NCBI GenBank assembly: GCA_046350795.1
Contig: JAXLZT010000001.1
Coordinates: forward strand, 80,468 to 144,467
From: Minisyncoccota bacterium
GTDB lineage: Bacteria; Patescibacteriota; Minisyncoccia; Phycocordibacterales; CALRHW01
DNA length: 64,000 bases
Reading direction: 5' to 3'
The notes beneath the pieces are model-generated. The model did not search any database, was not told the DNA's origin, and saw nothing but the letters and a program-made list of their open reading frames with translations. A program made the position numbers and the translations under genes. Within the stretch, counting starts at the first letter, position 1, and each line of letters begins with the position of its first letter. Shown here piece by piece: positions 37,335-47,815 of this stretch.

Positions 37335-39068
37335 TTAAACAATAATATCAACCACCCTTAAACGCAATTCTGGATAATTTTTAAACATAGATTTTTCAAA
37401 AGTCGCTACCAGATTGATTTTCATACCAGCGACCAAACTTTCCCGATAATGTACTGAAGCAAAAAAACAAATAGCTGGGACCGACTTACCTTGTGGATGC
37501 GCAAAGCGAAGCTCTAAGTGGTTTTTTTCTTTACCAAAAAGTTTGGCTTCTTTTATCTCTACTTGCTCAAAAAGAAAAAGTGGCTTTGGATTGCCCACAC
37601 CAAAAGGAGCCAGCTTTTCTATCATCTTATATGTATTCCAGTTTACGTCCCCGATTGTGAGTTTTTTATCTATGACAATCTTTTCTATCTCCCGCCCCTT
37701 ATCACCGGCCATGATTTTTTCGTATGCAGACAAAATCTCATCTTCTAGTGTGTGAATTTTTTCATGAGACACAGCAAACCCACCAGACATTTTATGTCCA
37801 CCAAAGTGTGTAAAAGAATCTTTCGTCGCTTCCATCAGCTCCACCACACTTACTCTACCATCAGACCGACAAGATCCTTTTATAGTAGATCCGCCTTCAC
37901 GACCCCACAAAAACACAGTTACACCATAGTCATCTTTCAAAGTATTGGCCGCCAATCCGAGTAGTGATGGTCTCCAGTCAGGATTACCTATGACCACAAC
38001 TTTTTTCATTGTGCCGTTTTCTACACGATGTGTCAGAATTTTTTTAATCTCTTTTACCATTGATGCGACAATTCCCTTTCTCTCATCATTTATACTATTT
38101 AAATGCTCACTCAACACCCCGGCCTCGACTTCATCGCGAGTAGAAAGGAGTTTGAAAGCATCTAGTGGTACACCCATACGAGATGCGGCGTTGATACGAG
38201 GAGAAATCATAAAACCAATATCATCTTCAGAAATATGTCGTTGATTTGTTTTTACGGTGCGCAAAAGTTTGAGCAATCCAACACGAGGAGAAATCCGTAA
38301 AACCTTTAAACCATAATACGCAAAGACTCTATTTTCTCCGACAAGTGGCACCATATCTGAAAGCGTTGCAAGCCCCACCATATCCAGAAGCCATTTTTCC
38401 CAGCCATATCGCACATCTTTTATCATGTCCCTCTGACGCATGGTGTAAATAAGGCCCTGAACAAATTTAAAAATCACCCCAGAACCACAAAGAGTCTTTT
38501 CTGGATACTGACAGTCTACTTGTTTTGGATTGAGGATTGCGTATGCGGGAGGTATTTCACTACCAGCCTCATGATGATCTGTAATAATCACATCTAAACC
38601 AAGCTCTGATGCACGCTTTACAGCAACCACATCAGTAATGCCACAATCAATACTAATGACCAATCCCGCCCCACTCTTTGCAAACTCTTCTATAGCATCC
38701 ACGTGTATACCAAAGCCTTCATCTATACGATGTGGAATATAATTTTCAAAATTCTCGTAGCCGATTTTTTTAAAAATATCATGAAGCACTACCGCACCTG
38801 GTATACCATCAGCATCATAGTCACTATAAATAATTATTTTTTGTTTTTCTGATATTGCTTTTAGCACTCGCTCTACTGCGCGCTCCATATCTTTCATTCT
38901 ATATGGATGATGATTGTCTCGATCGTAGTCTGGATTTAAAAATTGCTCTGCTTGTTCACGACTCATTATCCCCCGCGCTCGCAACAAATCTCTGAGTAGC
39001 TCGGGGTAAGTATCCATTTCACCTTCTGTCGTTTGTGGTAAATTTTCCCGAAGCAAATATTGATTCAT
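37335..39068 (-). CDS. recJ: Single-stranded-DNA exonuclease RecJ
   Basis: [33 protein letters not shown]. Confidence 0.96.
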   Translation of the reverse strand: MNQYLLRENLPQTTEGEMDTYPELLRDLLRARGIMSREQAEQFLNPDYDRDNHHPYRMKDMERAVERVLKAISEKQKIIIYSDYDADGIPGAVVLHDIFKKIGYENFENYIPHRIDEGFGIHVDAIEEFAKSGAGLVISIDCGITDVVAVKRASELGLDVIITDHHEAGSEIPPAYAILNPKQVDCQYPEKTLCGSGVIFKFVQGLIYTMRQRDMIKDVRYGWEKWLLDMVGLATLSDMVPLVGENRVFAYYGLKVLRISPRVGLLKLLRTVKTNQRHISEDDIGFMISPRINAASRMGVPLDAFKLLSTRDEVEAGVLSEHLNSINDERKGIVASMVKEIKKILTHRVENGTMKKVVVIGNPDWRPSLLGLAANTLKDDYGVTVFLWGREGGSTIKGSCRSDGRVSVVELMEATKDSFTHFGGHKMSGGFAVSHEKIHTLEDEILSAYEKIMAGDKGREIEKIVIDKKLTIGDVNWNTYKMIEKLAPFGVGNPKPLFLFEQVEIKEAKLFGKEKNHLELRFAHPQGKSVPAICFFASVHYRESLVAGMKINLVATFEKSMFKNYPELRLRVVDIIV

Positions 39069-39105
39069 ACATTTATTTTATCACATCAAAATGTATAATA
39101 TAGAT

Positions 39106-39468
39106 ATGAATGATTGTATCTTTTGTAAAATAGTGCGCGGAGAAATACCTTCGCATAAAGTATACGAGGACGATAAGTTTTTAGCTTTTTTGGACATCAA
39201 CCCTCGTGCGCCAGGACATACGCTAGTGGTACCAAAAGAGCATCACAGATGGGTATGGGACGTGCCCGAAGTAGGCGCTTATTTTGAAATCGCTTCCAAA
39301 ATAGCAAAAGCTCAGCAAAAAGCTTTTGACACAGAAATGATTCTCTCTAGAGTCACAGGAGAAGAAGTACCTCATGCACACATTTGGGTATTTCCAAATG
39401 CAGAAAAAGCTGTCGGTGATAAAAAAGATTTTGTATCAAACGCAGATAAAATAAAAGAAAACTTATAA
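39106..39468 (+). CDS. HIT family nucleotide hydrolase
   Basis: [20 protein letters not shown] (variant histidine triad). Confidence 0.92.
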   Translation: MNDCIFCKIVRGEIPSHKVYEDDKFLAFLDINPRAPGHTLVVPKEHHRWVWDVPEVGAYFEIASKIAKAQQKAFDTEMILSRVTGEEVPHAHIWVFPNAEKAVGDKKDFVSNADKIKENL

Positions 39469-39587
39469 ATAAAAGACGTATTAGACCAGACTTGACTTTT
39501 CTATAAAAAATGTTAGATTTTGCTGGTTCGTGGAAACAATTCACGACAAGCACATTCACACTTCAAATCTCACAGGAGACTGGACAC

Positions 39588-40673
39588 ATGAAGAAGGTTC
39601 TTTTCGTCGCACAAGATGCGGCGCCAAGCAGGGCATTCCAGAGGTTTGCCCCTGCTTTGACTGAGGCTGGTTTTGGCGTTGAGCTCATTGTCGCTGACGG
39701 CAAGACCTTCCCGACAATCGACGGAGGCATGTCTCGAAAGGTGGGGTCTGCGGACCTACTTGTCATTGGCATGTCCTCACGACCTGAGTACGCAACGGAC
39801 GAATTGTTTGCCGCCAAGCAAGCAATCAAGTCTGGGGTGCCACTCGCCTGCTACGGTGACGTGCCAGGCTGTCATGTGCGTCACGCTTTCTGGGGGAATG
39901 ACATCTCCCGAGAGCTTTCGCTCTACCTCGGCTACAACCAAGCAGAGGAGGACGGCGTGCGGAAGTCTTTCCCAAACGCTCGTTTCCGTGCGATCGGCAA
40001 CCCACTTCGTGAGGAGATGGCATTTGCGCGATATACTCGCGAAGAGGTGCGTCTCCGTCTGGGTGTCACCCCAGATGACAAGGTCATTCTGGTGGGCGGT
40101 GGCAAGAGTCCATACAGCAACATGGTTCGTATCGGGCTCGTGCTCGAAACGATGAACATGTTGGATGGATTCCGCAAGACGCCCATCAAGGTGTTGCTCT
40201 CTCTGCATCCGGGAGACAAGGCGCCGGTCTCCAACTACGACGAAATCGTCAAGGAGAGTCCGGTGCCATTCCGGATTGCTGAGTCCATCAAGGGAAAGTT
40301 CGAGACCTCCGACATGATCGGGGGCGCCGATCTGGTCTTTTGCGGACTCACTGGTTCGACAGCCATCGAAGCCGCCTACAAGCGGATTCCGGTCATTCAG
40401 ACCGGTGGTGAGATCGAGCTTGTGAAGCTCTTCAAGGAAACCGGATCAAGGACTCCTGAAGCAGTGGCCGTTGGAGCATCATTGTTCTGCAACGGAGGAA
40501 ACTGCGGGCTCGATCTCGTAAGAGCAATGGATCTGATCTGGGGCACTGGTGTGGGAGCAAGCCTCATGAACGACCAAGCCTCCGCCTACCCGATCCCACA
40601 AAGGGTCGGGCAGGCAACGGAAAACGCTGTCAACGTAATCCGTGAATTCTTGGAAGTTCCGGCCATGGCCTGA
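39588..40673 (+). CDS. GT-B-fold glycosyltransferase/epimerase-like protein in a GC-rich islet
   Basis: KKVLFV start, IGNPLRE, LHP, ADLVF..GSTAIEAAY..IPVI; CAGGAG SD; TTGACT promoter at 39492. Confidence 0.65.
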   Translation: MKKVLFVAQDAAPSRAFQRFAPALTEAGFGVELIVADGKTFPTIDGGMSRKVGSADLLVIGMSSRPEYATDELFAAKQAIKSGVPLACYGDVPGCHVRHAFWGNDISRELSLYLGYNQAEEDGVRKSFPNARFRAIGNPLREEMAFARYTREEVRLRLGVTPDDKVILVGGGKSPYSNMVRIGLVLETMNMLDGFRKTPIKVLLSLHPGDKAPVSNYDEIVKESPVPFRIAESIKGKFETSDMIGGADLVFCGLTGSTAIEAAYKRIPVIQTGGEIELVKLFKETGSRTPEAVAVGASLFCNGGNCGLDLVRAMDLIWGTGVGASLMNDQASAYPIPQRVGQATENAVNVIREFLEVPAMA

Positions 40674-40716
40674 CGACCTTGCACCAAGTGGTGCACACGC
40701 TCTTTTTGAAACAGTG

Positions 40717-40750
40717 GGGCCGGCGCGTTTCGCGCCGGCCCTTTCTCTTT
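40717..40750. terminator. Strong GC hairpin between the islet gene and pgk
   Basis: GGGCCGGCGCG-TTT-CGCGCCGGCCC followed by a T-rich tail. Confidence 0.8.
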
Positions 40751-40755
40751 GTATT

Positions 40756-41880
40756 TTATTTTTTCAAAGCTTCAATCCCCGGCAGTGTCCCATTCGCCAA
40801 AAAATCAAGCATCGCACCACCACCAGAAGATACGAAGTTAAATTTTTTTTCTAGATCCATAGAAGAAATAGCAGCAAGAGTATCTGCCCCACCCACCACA
40901 GACTCTGCAGATGTATCTGCTATTTTCCCAGCAAGCTCCAGGGTTCCTTCCTTAAAACCAATTTCAAAATTACCCAGAGGTCCATTCCATAATACATACT
41001 GGGCACTATCTACAAGCTCAGCTAGATTTATGAGAGTCTCAGCACCAGCGTCTACTATTACATCATCCTGTCCCACCTCAGTCGGTAACTTTATAGATAT
41101 CTCATCACCATGCTTTACCACCACATCCGTAGGCAAAACTATCTTTTTGCTATCAAGCATTTCTTTTAGTTCAAAAACTCCCTCAGACACAACAGACGCA
41201 CCGATAGGATAGCCTAGCTCTTTGAAAAAATTGTGTGCAAGTGCCCCACCCACAAATACAGTGTCAGCTATTTTCAAAAACTTTTTTATAAGAGGTATTT
41301 TTGTATCAAACTTTGCGCCACCGAGAATAAAAACAAAAGGATGCGGAGGATTGAACGTTTTTGATAAATGCTCTATCTCACTTTGAAAAAGAAGACCGAC
41401 AAATCCGGGTAAATATTTAGGAATACCGACTATAGAAGAGTGCTCTCTGTGTGAACAAGAAAAAGCATCATTTACATAAAAATCAGCAAGGCTAGCGAGT
41501 GACTTTGCAAAATCTTGATCATTTTCTTTTTCACCTGGATATACTCGTAAATTTTCAAACAAAACCACCTCACCATCTTTCATAGCGTTAACGGTCTCTA
41601 AGGTCGTAACATCTACATATTTTTCTATAAAAGAAATCGGCATTCTTTCTTTTAAATATTCAAAAACGGGTTTTAAAGTAGCGGACTCCTTCCCTTCGCA
41701 GTGACTTAGTATGATTATTTTTGCTCCACGAGACTGTAGTAGCTCTATGGTAGGCATGGATTTTCTAATACGAAAATCATCAAAAACTTTTCCATTACGC
41801 AAAGGCACATTAAAATCTAAACGCAAAATAACCTTTTTACCCCTTACATCATTCATTTCTGTTACTGAGCGTGGCATCAT
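40756..41880 (-). CDS. pgk: Phosphoglycerate kinase
   Basis: RLDFNVP, YVNDAF, GGAK, WNGPLG, SSGGGA. Confidence 0.97.
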   Translation of the reverse strand: MMPRSVTEMNDVRGKKVILRLDFNVPLRNGKVFDDFRIRKSMPTIELLQSRGAKIIILSHCEGKESATLKPVFEYLKERMPISFIEKYVDVTTLETVNAMKDGEVVLFENLRVYPGEKENDQDFAKSLASLADFYVNDAFSCSHREHSSIVGIPKYLPGFVGLLFQSEIEHLSKTFNPPHPFVFILGGAKFDTKIPLIKKFLKIADTVFVGGALAHNFFKELGYPIGASVVSEGVFELKEMLDSKKIVLPTDVVVKHGDEISIKLPTEVGQDDVIVDAGAETLINLAELVDSAQYVLWNGPLGNFEIGFKEGTLELAGKIADTSAESVVGGADTLAAISSMDLEKKFNFVSSGGGAMLDFLANGTLPGIEALKK

Positions 41881-41893
41881 AATATTAAAAATT

Positions 41894-42670
41894 TTATTTT
41901 GCAGTACTAACTATTTTTATAATCTCTCCAAAATTTATTGGCTCAAGACTTTGTCTACCCACCAAAAAACCATCAACCTGCCCAGACTCTATAATATCCC
42001 TAGCGTTTATCGGCGCCACAGATCCACCATATAAAATAAGATTTTTTGATGTCTCATCTTTACCGTAAATATCCGCGAGTACTTTTTTTATAAAAATAGA
42101 AATTTCCTGCATGTCTTTTCCAACCATTGCATTGTTAAAACTTTTTCCTATAGCCCAGACAGGTTCGTATGCAATAACTATGTTTGATAGGTAACGCTTT
42201 TGCACTTTTGAAAGCGACTCGGTAAGTTGGTTTTTTAAAAACTCCAGATAATCACCATTTTCATCACGCACTTTTTCACCAATACACAAAATAACTTTTA
42301 GATTTTTCTCGACAGCTTCCTTTACCTTTTTTGTAATCATCTCACTTGTTTCTCCCATCGCCCTCCTCTCAGAATGTCCCACTATCACATATGTACATCC
42401 TAAATCACGCAACATACTAGCGCTCACCTCTCCAGTAAAAGAACCCGCCTCCTCCCAAAACACATCCTGAGCACCAATAAATATACCTCCGGCTATTTTA
42501 TTGAGAGGATAGATATGAGAAAAAGAAGGACATATTGCTACATTTACACCCTTTATGCTATCTGCCGCCTTTTTTATTCTTTTAAAAATTTTACGTGCGT
42601 CTTCTGTTGTCTGCGGATTCATCTTCCAGTTACCCACCACTAGTTTCTCTCTTTTTGTTGTTTTTGCCAT
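41894..42670 (-). CDS. tpiA: Triosephosphate isomerase
   Basis: GNWKMN, GHSERR, AYEPVWAIG, YGGSV. Confidence 0.98.
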   Translation of the reverse strand: MAKTTKREKLVVGNWKMNPQTTEDARKIFKRIKKAADSIKGVNVAICPSFSHIYPLNKIAGGIFIGAQDVFWEEAGSFTGEVSASMLRDLGCTYVIVGHSERRAMGETSEMITKKVKEAVEKNLKVILCIGEKVRDENGDYLEFLKNQLTESLSKVQKRYLSNIVIAYEPVWAIGKSFNNAMVGKDMQEISIFIKKVLADIYGKDETSKNLILYGGSVAPINARDIIESGQVDGFLVGRQSLEPINFGEIIKIVSTAK

Positions 42671-42686
42671 TACTGTATTTTATCAC

Positions 42687-44162
42687 TTATTCTATCTCTT
42701 CCCAAGACAGTATCGTATATTGATCAGATGTAAGAGGAAAACTAGGCGGTGGACCATATAGAAGATTGGCATCATATATTATCTGTCTTGTGTCATATCC
42801 GGTCCCATCTGTATAAGCAAAACCATAACGATTGTAGGTAGCCAACATTCCATACAGAGTAATAATGCTTCTTGTATACCAATTATTTCCACCAGATTTA
42901 CAGCTAGTACTGTAATAATACCTTCCCACTCTGCCGTTTTGTGCCACCAAAGCAGCATCTATACGTAGATCGTTCTCGCTCACCATTCCCACGTTTATAT
43001 CTTTCTGTGCAATAAGAGAAAGAACGTCTTGTCCATCATAGTTTGTATATTTTAAATCATTATTTACTGTAATACTCGTGCGTGTAGACGAGTTATCTGG
43101 AAACTTACCCGAAGCAATGGTGAGTCTAGCTGTATTTATAGTGCCCTCTACCCACAAATTGTCCTCAACAAAAATAATTCCGTTGGTTGGAAAGTTCTGA
43201 TTTGATTGCAAAAGAGTCGTACCATTGACACTCCATGTTCCCCATCCAGTTTGATTTTGAGAATTGGAACAACTACCGGGTGGAGACACCAGTGTGTTTA
43301 CTTTGTATAAATCAAACTTATCATTATTTTTTAAAACTAGTTTATATCCAAGGGCACCAGATCCAGCAAAATATCTTCCAGAAGACTGAGCGCTGGATTT
43401 CATCTGGGCTAAATCAGAAGTAAGACCAGTAAAATCAACTGCTGGCACAGGAAACTGTCTGCCGGCCTCAAAAACATCTGCTCTAGTGGGCACGGGACTA
43501 GTAGGCGGTGCCTCATTTGGACGAAAAGCATCATTTATTCCAGAAGACGGTGGTGCGTTAACATGTGTATGTACAGCAAACTCATTATTACCACTATGAT
43601 CTGGGTCGTCGTACTCAGAAAGAGCACTTGAAATAGTGTTATGTGCCAAACCATCAAAACGAATTCCACCGTTTGAATGAATTGGTCCAAATACTTCTGT
43701 ACCTTCTCCAAAACGCATATCTCCGTTTGAAACAAAAGCAAATTTTGCAAAAGAAGCTATAGCCAACTGTGATTCTATAGTACGAGAGGCGCTGGGATCA
43801 GCGAGTACATTACCGGTAGACCTAATCTTTACAATAGTTGTGCCAGTAGGCGGTGGTGTTATGGTTAAAACAAAATTTCCAACTTCCACACCGTCTTTAT
43901 CATAAAAAGAATGAGTATATGGTCCAGGCTGACCAGTACCATCTTGATAGTCTTGTGGTGCATGAGCTAAATGCCACCTATAATAATCTATCCCTGCTTC
44001 TGCTATTTGTATTGCTTGCTCTCTGTATACAGAGCGTTTTGATAATTTTATATTTGAAGCGCCCCACATAATAAGACCACCCATTACAACCACAGCAATA
44101 GAAGAAAAAACGAGCGCTTGGATTATTAGAAAACCACTTTTTTTGTTTCGAGAAGCTATCAT
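42687..44162 (-). CDS. PilX-like minor pilin with a large C-terminal domain
   Basis: Class III signal G|FLIIQAL (no E5), AEAGI motif; last gene of the pil operon. Confidence 0.75.
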   Translation of the reverse strand: MIASRNKKSGFLIIQALVFSSIAVVVMGGLIMWGASNIKLSKRSVYREQAIQIAEAGIDYYRWHLAHAPQDYQDGTGQPGPYTHSFYDKDGVEVGNFVLTITPPPTGTTIVKIRSTGNVLADPSASRTIESQLAIASFAKFAFVSNGDMRFGEGTEVFGPIHSNGGIRFDGLAHNTISSALSEYDDPDHSGNNEFAVHTHVNAPPSSGINDAFRPNEAPPTSPVPTRADVFEAGRQFPVPAVDFTGLTSDLAQMKSSAQSSGRYFAGSGALGYKLVLKNNDKFDLYKVNTLVSPPGSCSNSQNQTGWGTWSVNGTTLLQSNQNFPTNGIIFVEDNLWVEGTINTARLTIASGKFPDNSSTRTSITVNNDLKYTNYDGQDVLSLIAQKDINVGMVSENDLRIDAALVAQNGRVGRYYYSTSCKSGGNNWYTRSIITLYGMLATYNRYGFAYTDGTGYDTRQIIYDANLLYGPPPSFPLTSDQYTILSWEEIE

Positions 44163-44776
44163 AAATTATCTTTCAAATTTCTTGGTGTTACTTGAGATGT
44201 AACAGTAGATGGACCAGGTGGACGATTTACATCTTTATCAATTGTAACGTTGATTTTTATAAGGCGCACTGAAAGCGTATCTACCGGCATAGATAAAGGT
44301 GTAGTAGTGCCAGCATAAGATGAATCATAATAACTAAATATTGGTGAGCTTGTAGCGTTTACCACATTTGTTATTAAAGTTTCTATTTTTTCTGTACCAG
44401 TATAACCCACTGGATTACCCGAAGGATCTACCACACCCTTTTTTAAAGATCCATTTTGTAAATAATAACGCACTTTTTCTTTTGACCCATCATTATCTAT
44501 ATCAGTGTAAAAAGTCATAGTACTAGTGGCCGCCTGAGCTATAGGATATGCACCGGCTGCAGACTGAGACATAGATCGTAATTCCCCCACCATAATACGA
44601 AGCACCCTACCACCTTCAAATTGCGCATTGAGACTACCCTGCAAACTATAATTGAGAGAAAAAATATCTTTCTGAAATGTTGTAATGCCCACTATTATCA
44701 GAGTCAAAATACCGAGCACCACTAGGGTTTCTACAATCGAATATCCGCTATTATTTTTTTTAAATCTAAAATACAT
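44159..44776 (-). CDS. PilW/PulJ-like minor pilin
   Basis: Prepilin site G|YSIVETLVVL. Confidence 0.82.
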   Translation of the reverse strand: MYFRFKKNNSGYSIVETLVVLGILTLIIVGITTFQKDIFSLNYSLQGSLNAQFEGGRVLRIMVGELRSMSQSAAGAYPIAQAATSTMTFYTDIDNDGSKEKVRYYLQNGSLKKGVVDPSGNPVGYTGTEKIETLITNVVNATSSPIFSYYDSSYAGTTTPLSMPVDTLSVRLIKINVTIDKDVNRPPGPSTVTSQVTPRNLKDNL

Positions 44777-44780
44777 AAAT

Positions 44781-46559
44781 TTATTCTGGTAAAAGGACAA
44801 TGTCATGTTGTTGCCAATTTGCTGAGACCGGTACAGAATCAGTCACATCCTCATATCCAGTTCTAGAAACAGTTACATCATAAGTGCCAGCAGATAAATC
44901 AGAGAAGAAAGCTTGTCCGGGCGGTATACAAGAGGAGGTATAAGTAAAAGAAATCTGCGCGATATTTGGTGTAAGCGTTGTGCTAGCTGTGTTTAAGAAA
45001 ATTTTATATCTTAAATATTCATTGTTATTGTGTGCTGAACTTAAATCTGGTGTAGAAATTGTGTAATAAGATCCAGCGGTACCATCTGGTCCAATAAAAT
45101 TCCATGTAGCATTGTCATTGTTAGTTGCCACTTTGAAACGTACATTGTCAGCACCAGTATCTGCTGGCTGACCTACAGGCTCCCACAATATCTTATTAAA
45201 ATTGCTTGTCGTACCGGTATCAAAAGTTGAGCTTATCAAAAAACCATCAGTAATATATGTACCGAATACATTTCTCAATCTCAACTCACCTGTCGGATTA
45301 TTTGTCTCAATATTTCCATCTGAACTAAAATACTGATCATCATTTACCATATTTGATTGACCACTACCGCCAGACCAATCACTTTGAGTAGAGAAACCTT
45401 GACCAGTAATAAGGGTTTGAGTGAAAGAACCAGATGTAATAGTCACCTCTGCGCCAGATATCGGTAGTTGTGTACTCGCATCCCTCACAGATACGAGCAG
45501 GCTTTTAGTATTTTTAGGAACCACAATCAAGTCCACGTCTTGGGACGAATTTGGAACAAGAGCAAATGGGTTTGGCGGATTCATACCCACCAAATCATAT
45601 GAGCTATCAGTAAGGTCAACAGTGTATGTATCCCAGCGCATATTTGACACAGTTTTTCTCCCAGAAGAATTTGTAACATGATCCACAGAATATTTCCTTA
45701 CATCAGGATTTGTACCAATAGAAGTAGCGCCGGTAAGTGTAAAATCGATATTTGGCACCGTCGCGCAAGATGGAGTAATACTAGAAAAATTGATGGTGCT
45801 CACGCGATCTATAACCAAAGTGACTTGGGTCACTTGTTGCACTGCCACAGTTGCGTGTGGCTTTATTGGATTTGGATTATTTACATCACCTGAAGTATAT
45901 GTCTGATCACTTGTATACCCGGACTTGCTTACTGTTATCTGATAAGACTGCACTCCAGGTGGCACATCCACCACCTGCAACATACCAGATGTATTGGTAA
46001 CGTCATCAATTACAAGATCCGGATTGGGTTGCGTATTTACAATATGCACATCTGCATCAGATACGGGCTGACCATTTGAATCCAATACCTGAATAAAAAG
46101 TGCGCCATTTGTAGAAGCTGTCTCTAAATTTTTTGGAGCAACCCTAGAAGTAATACTCATTCCAGAAAAATTTTTACATGTATCACAAGTCACCCCTATT
46201 TCCACAAGACGATAGTCAGCTGGAGAGAGATCATTTGGTGATTGACCAATAAGCCCATCAAAAGGATCGTCTATATTTCTTATGGTTGTGGTGACCAAAA
46301 AAGAAACACCGTCTCGCACCAAAGTCTGCTCATGTGGCAAAACACCAGACGGCACAGAGTTGACTATACCTACATCTACATATTCAAGATTGCGAATAAT
46401 TTCAAACTGTTCGTTTATCAAATTCGCAGCTGTTATTTTTACATGCGAAGCGCCTACTACACCATATATAGAAGTAAATCCGCCATAAACACTGACAGAT
46501 ACAAGTAAAAACAGAGCGACTCCCACAAGCACTTCTACTAGAGTAAGACCTTTATTCAT
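44781..46559 (-). CDS. PilV-like prepilin with carboxypeptidase-regulatory-like beta domains
   Basis: G|LTLVEVLV; repeated YQITVSKSGY / YDVTVSRTGY modules. Confidence 0.8.
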   Translation of the reverse strand: MNKGLTLVEVLVGVALFLLVSVSVYGGFTSIYGVVGASHVKITAANLINEQFEIIRNLEYVDVGIVNSVPSGVLPHEQTLVRDGVSFLVTTTIRNIDDPFDGLIGQSPNDLSPADYRLVEIGVTCDTCKNFSGMSITSRVAPKNLETASTNGALFIQVLDSNGQPVSDADVHIVNTQPNPDLVIDDVTNTSGMLQVVDVPPGVQSYQITVSKSGYTSDQTYTSGDVNNPNPIKPHATVAVQQVTQVTLVIDRVSTINFSSITPSCATVPNIDFTLTGATSIGTNPDVRKYSVDHVTNSSGRKTVSNMRWDTYTVDLTDSSYDLVGMNPPNPFALVPNSSQDVDLIVVPKNTKSLLVSVRDASTQLPISGAEVTITSGSFTQTLITGQGFSTQSDWSGGSGQSNMVNDDQYFSSDGNIETNNPTGELRLRNVFGTYITDGFLISSTFDTGTTSNFNKILWEPVGQPADTGADNVRFKVATNNDNATWNFIGPDGTAGSYYTISTPDLSSAHNNNEYLRYKIFLNTASTTLTPNIAQISFTYTSSCIPPGQAFFSDLSAGTYDVTVSRTGYEDVTDSVPVSANWQQHDIVLLPE

Positions 46560-46567
46560 GGTTTAAA

Positions 46568-47788
46568 TTAAATTGCGTCGGCAAGAGAATACATCGGTCC
46601 GAGCATAGATATCGCAAAAAATCCAACACCGATACCAATAACGACCATCAAAAATGGTTCTATAATGGTCGACATGTCTTTTGTTTTTTGATCAACCTCT
46701 TCTTCATAAAATTGAGCTACGTTTGCAAGCATTTCAGATAATTTTCCTGTCTCCTCTCCAATGCTCACCATCTCCCCCACAAACACCGGGTAAAGTTTTT
46801 CGTGTTTTAAGAAAATATTTGAAACCGGATCTCCTTTTTCTATATTTATCTCAGCCTCTTTTAACACAGCTTTATAATAAGAATTTTGAATAACATCTTG
46901 TGTAATACGTACAGCCACAAGCACATCCACACCAGAAGAAAGTAGAGAAGAAAAAGTACGTGCAGTACGAGCGGAGTTGAGATCTTTTACAATTCCAGAA
47001 ATCACGGGTACGTGAAGCACAAAAGTATCTAAAGCCCTCTTGCCTCTTTTTGTCTTTATAGAAAAATAAAAAACCAAACCAACAGTAATAAGGATTAATA
47101 GATTTATAATAATATGATTTTTCAAAAAGTCTGACAGCCAAATAACCATTTTTGTAGAAAAAGGTAAGGAAACATTCAAATCTTTAAAGGTTGATGTAAG
47201 TGTCGGCACCAAATATATAAGCATCAAAACACCTATAGTAATCATAATAGACAAAATAATTGCTGGATATATGAGCGCTCCACGAATTTTTTTTGTAAGC
47301 TGATAAGCTTTTTCAAGCTGAGCAGACACCACCTTAAGAGACTGAGTGACACTACCGCTTTCCTCTCCAGATTTAACCATTGATACAAAGAGTGAAGAAA
47401 AAACATCCAAATGCTTTGCCATTGCCTCACTTAGAGCACTTCCCTTGCCGATATCAACATTGAGTTCACCTATTACTTTTTTAAATTTCTTATTTTTTGT
47501 CTGTCGCTCCATTACAGAAAGCGCACGCGCCAAAGGCAATCCAGCTTCTATCATTGTGCCGAGGTTTTTTGCAAACATTATCTTGTCTATTGTCTTAACC
47601 CTACCCAGTAGATTGCCAAAATGAATATTTTTAACAAAACCCACTCCATCTTTTTGCTCCTCAGCAAAAGTAACGGTGTCCCCGTCTAGACGAATCTGCT
47701 GATATAGAGCAGATTTACTTTCTGCTTCTTTTACACCACTATATTTTTCACCCGTCTTTTTTACCGCTTTGAAGTTAAATTTTGGCAT
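46568..47788 (-). CDS. pilC: Type IV pilus platform protein PilC (T2SS F family)
   Basis: Two T2SSF repeats (GEESG, GEETG), ALIYP, IIEP. Confidence 0.93.
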   Translation of the reverse strand: MPKFNFKAVKKTGEKYSGVKEAESKSALYQQIRLDGDTVTFAEEQKDGVGFVKNIHFGNLLGRVKTIDKIMFAKNLGTMIEAGLPLARALSVMERQTKNKKFKKVIGELNVDIGKGSALSEAMAKHLDVFSSLFVSMVKSGEESGSVTQSLKVVSAQLEKAYQLTKKIRGALIYPAIILSIMITIGVLMLIYLVPTLTSTFKDLNVSLPFSTKMVIWLSDFLKNHIIINLLILITVGLVFYFSIKTKRGKRALDTFVLHVPVISGIVKDLNSARTARTFSSLLSSGVDVLVAVRITQDVIQNSYYKAVLKEAEINIEKGDPVSNIFLKHEKLYPVFVGEMVSIGEETGKLSEMLANVAQFYEEEVDQKTKDMSTIIEPFLMVVIGIGVGFFAISMLGPMYSLADAI

Positions 47789-47815
47789 ATAGTTTTACGA
47801 TATTTATTAGAAAAA

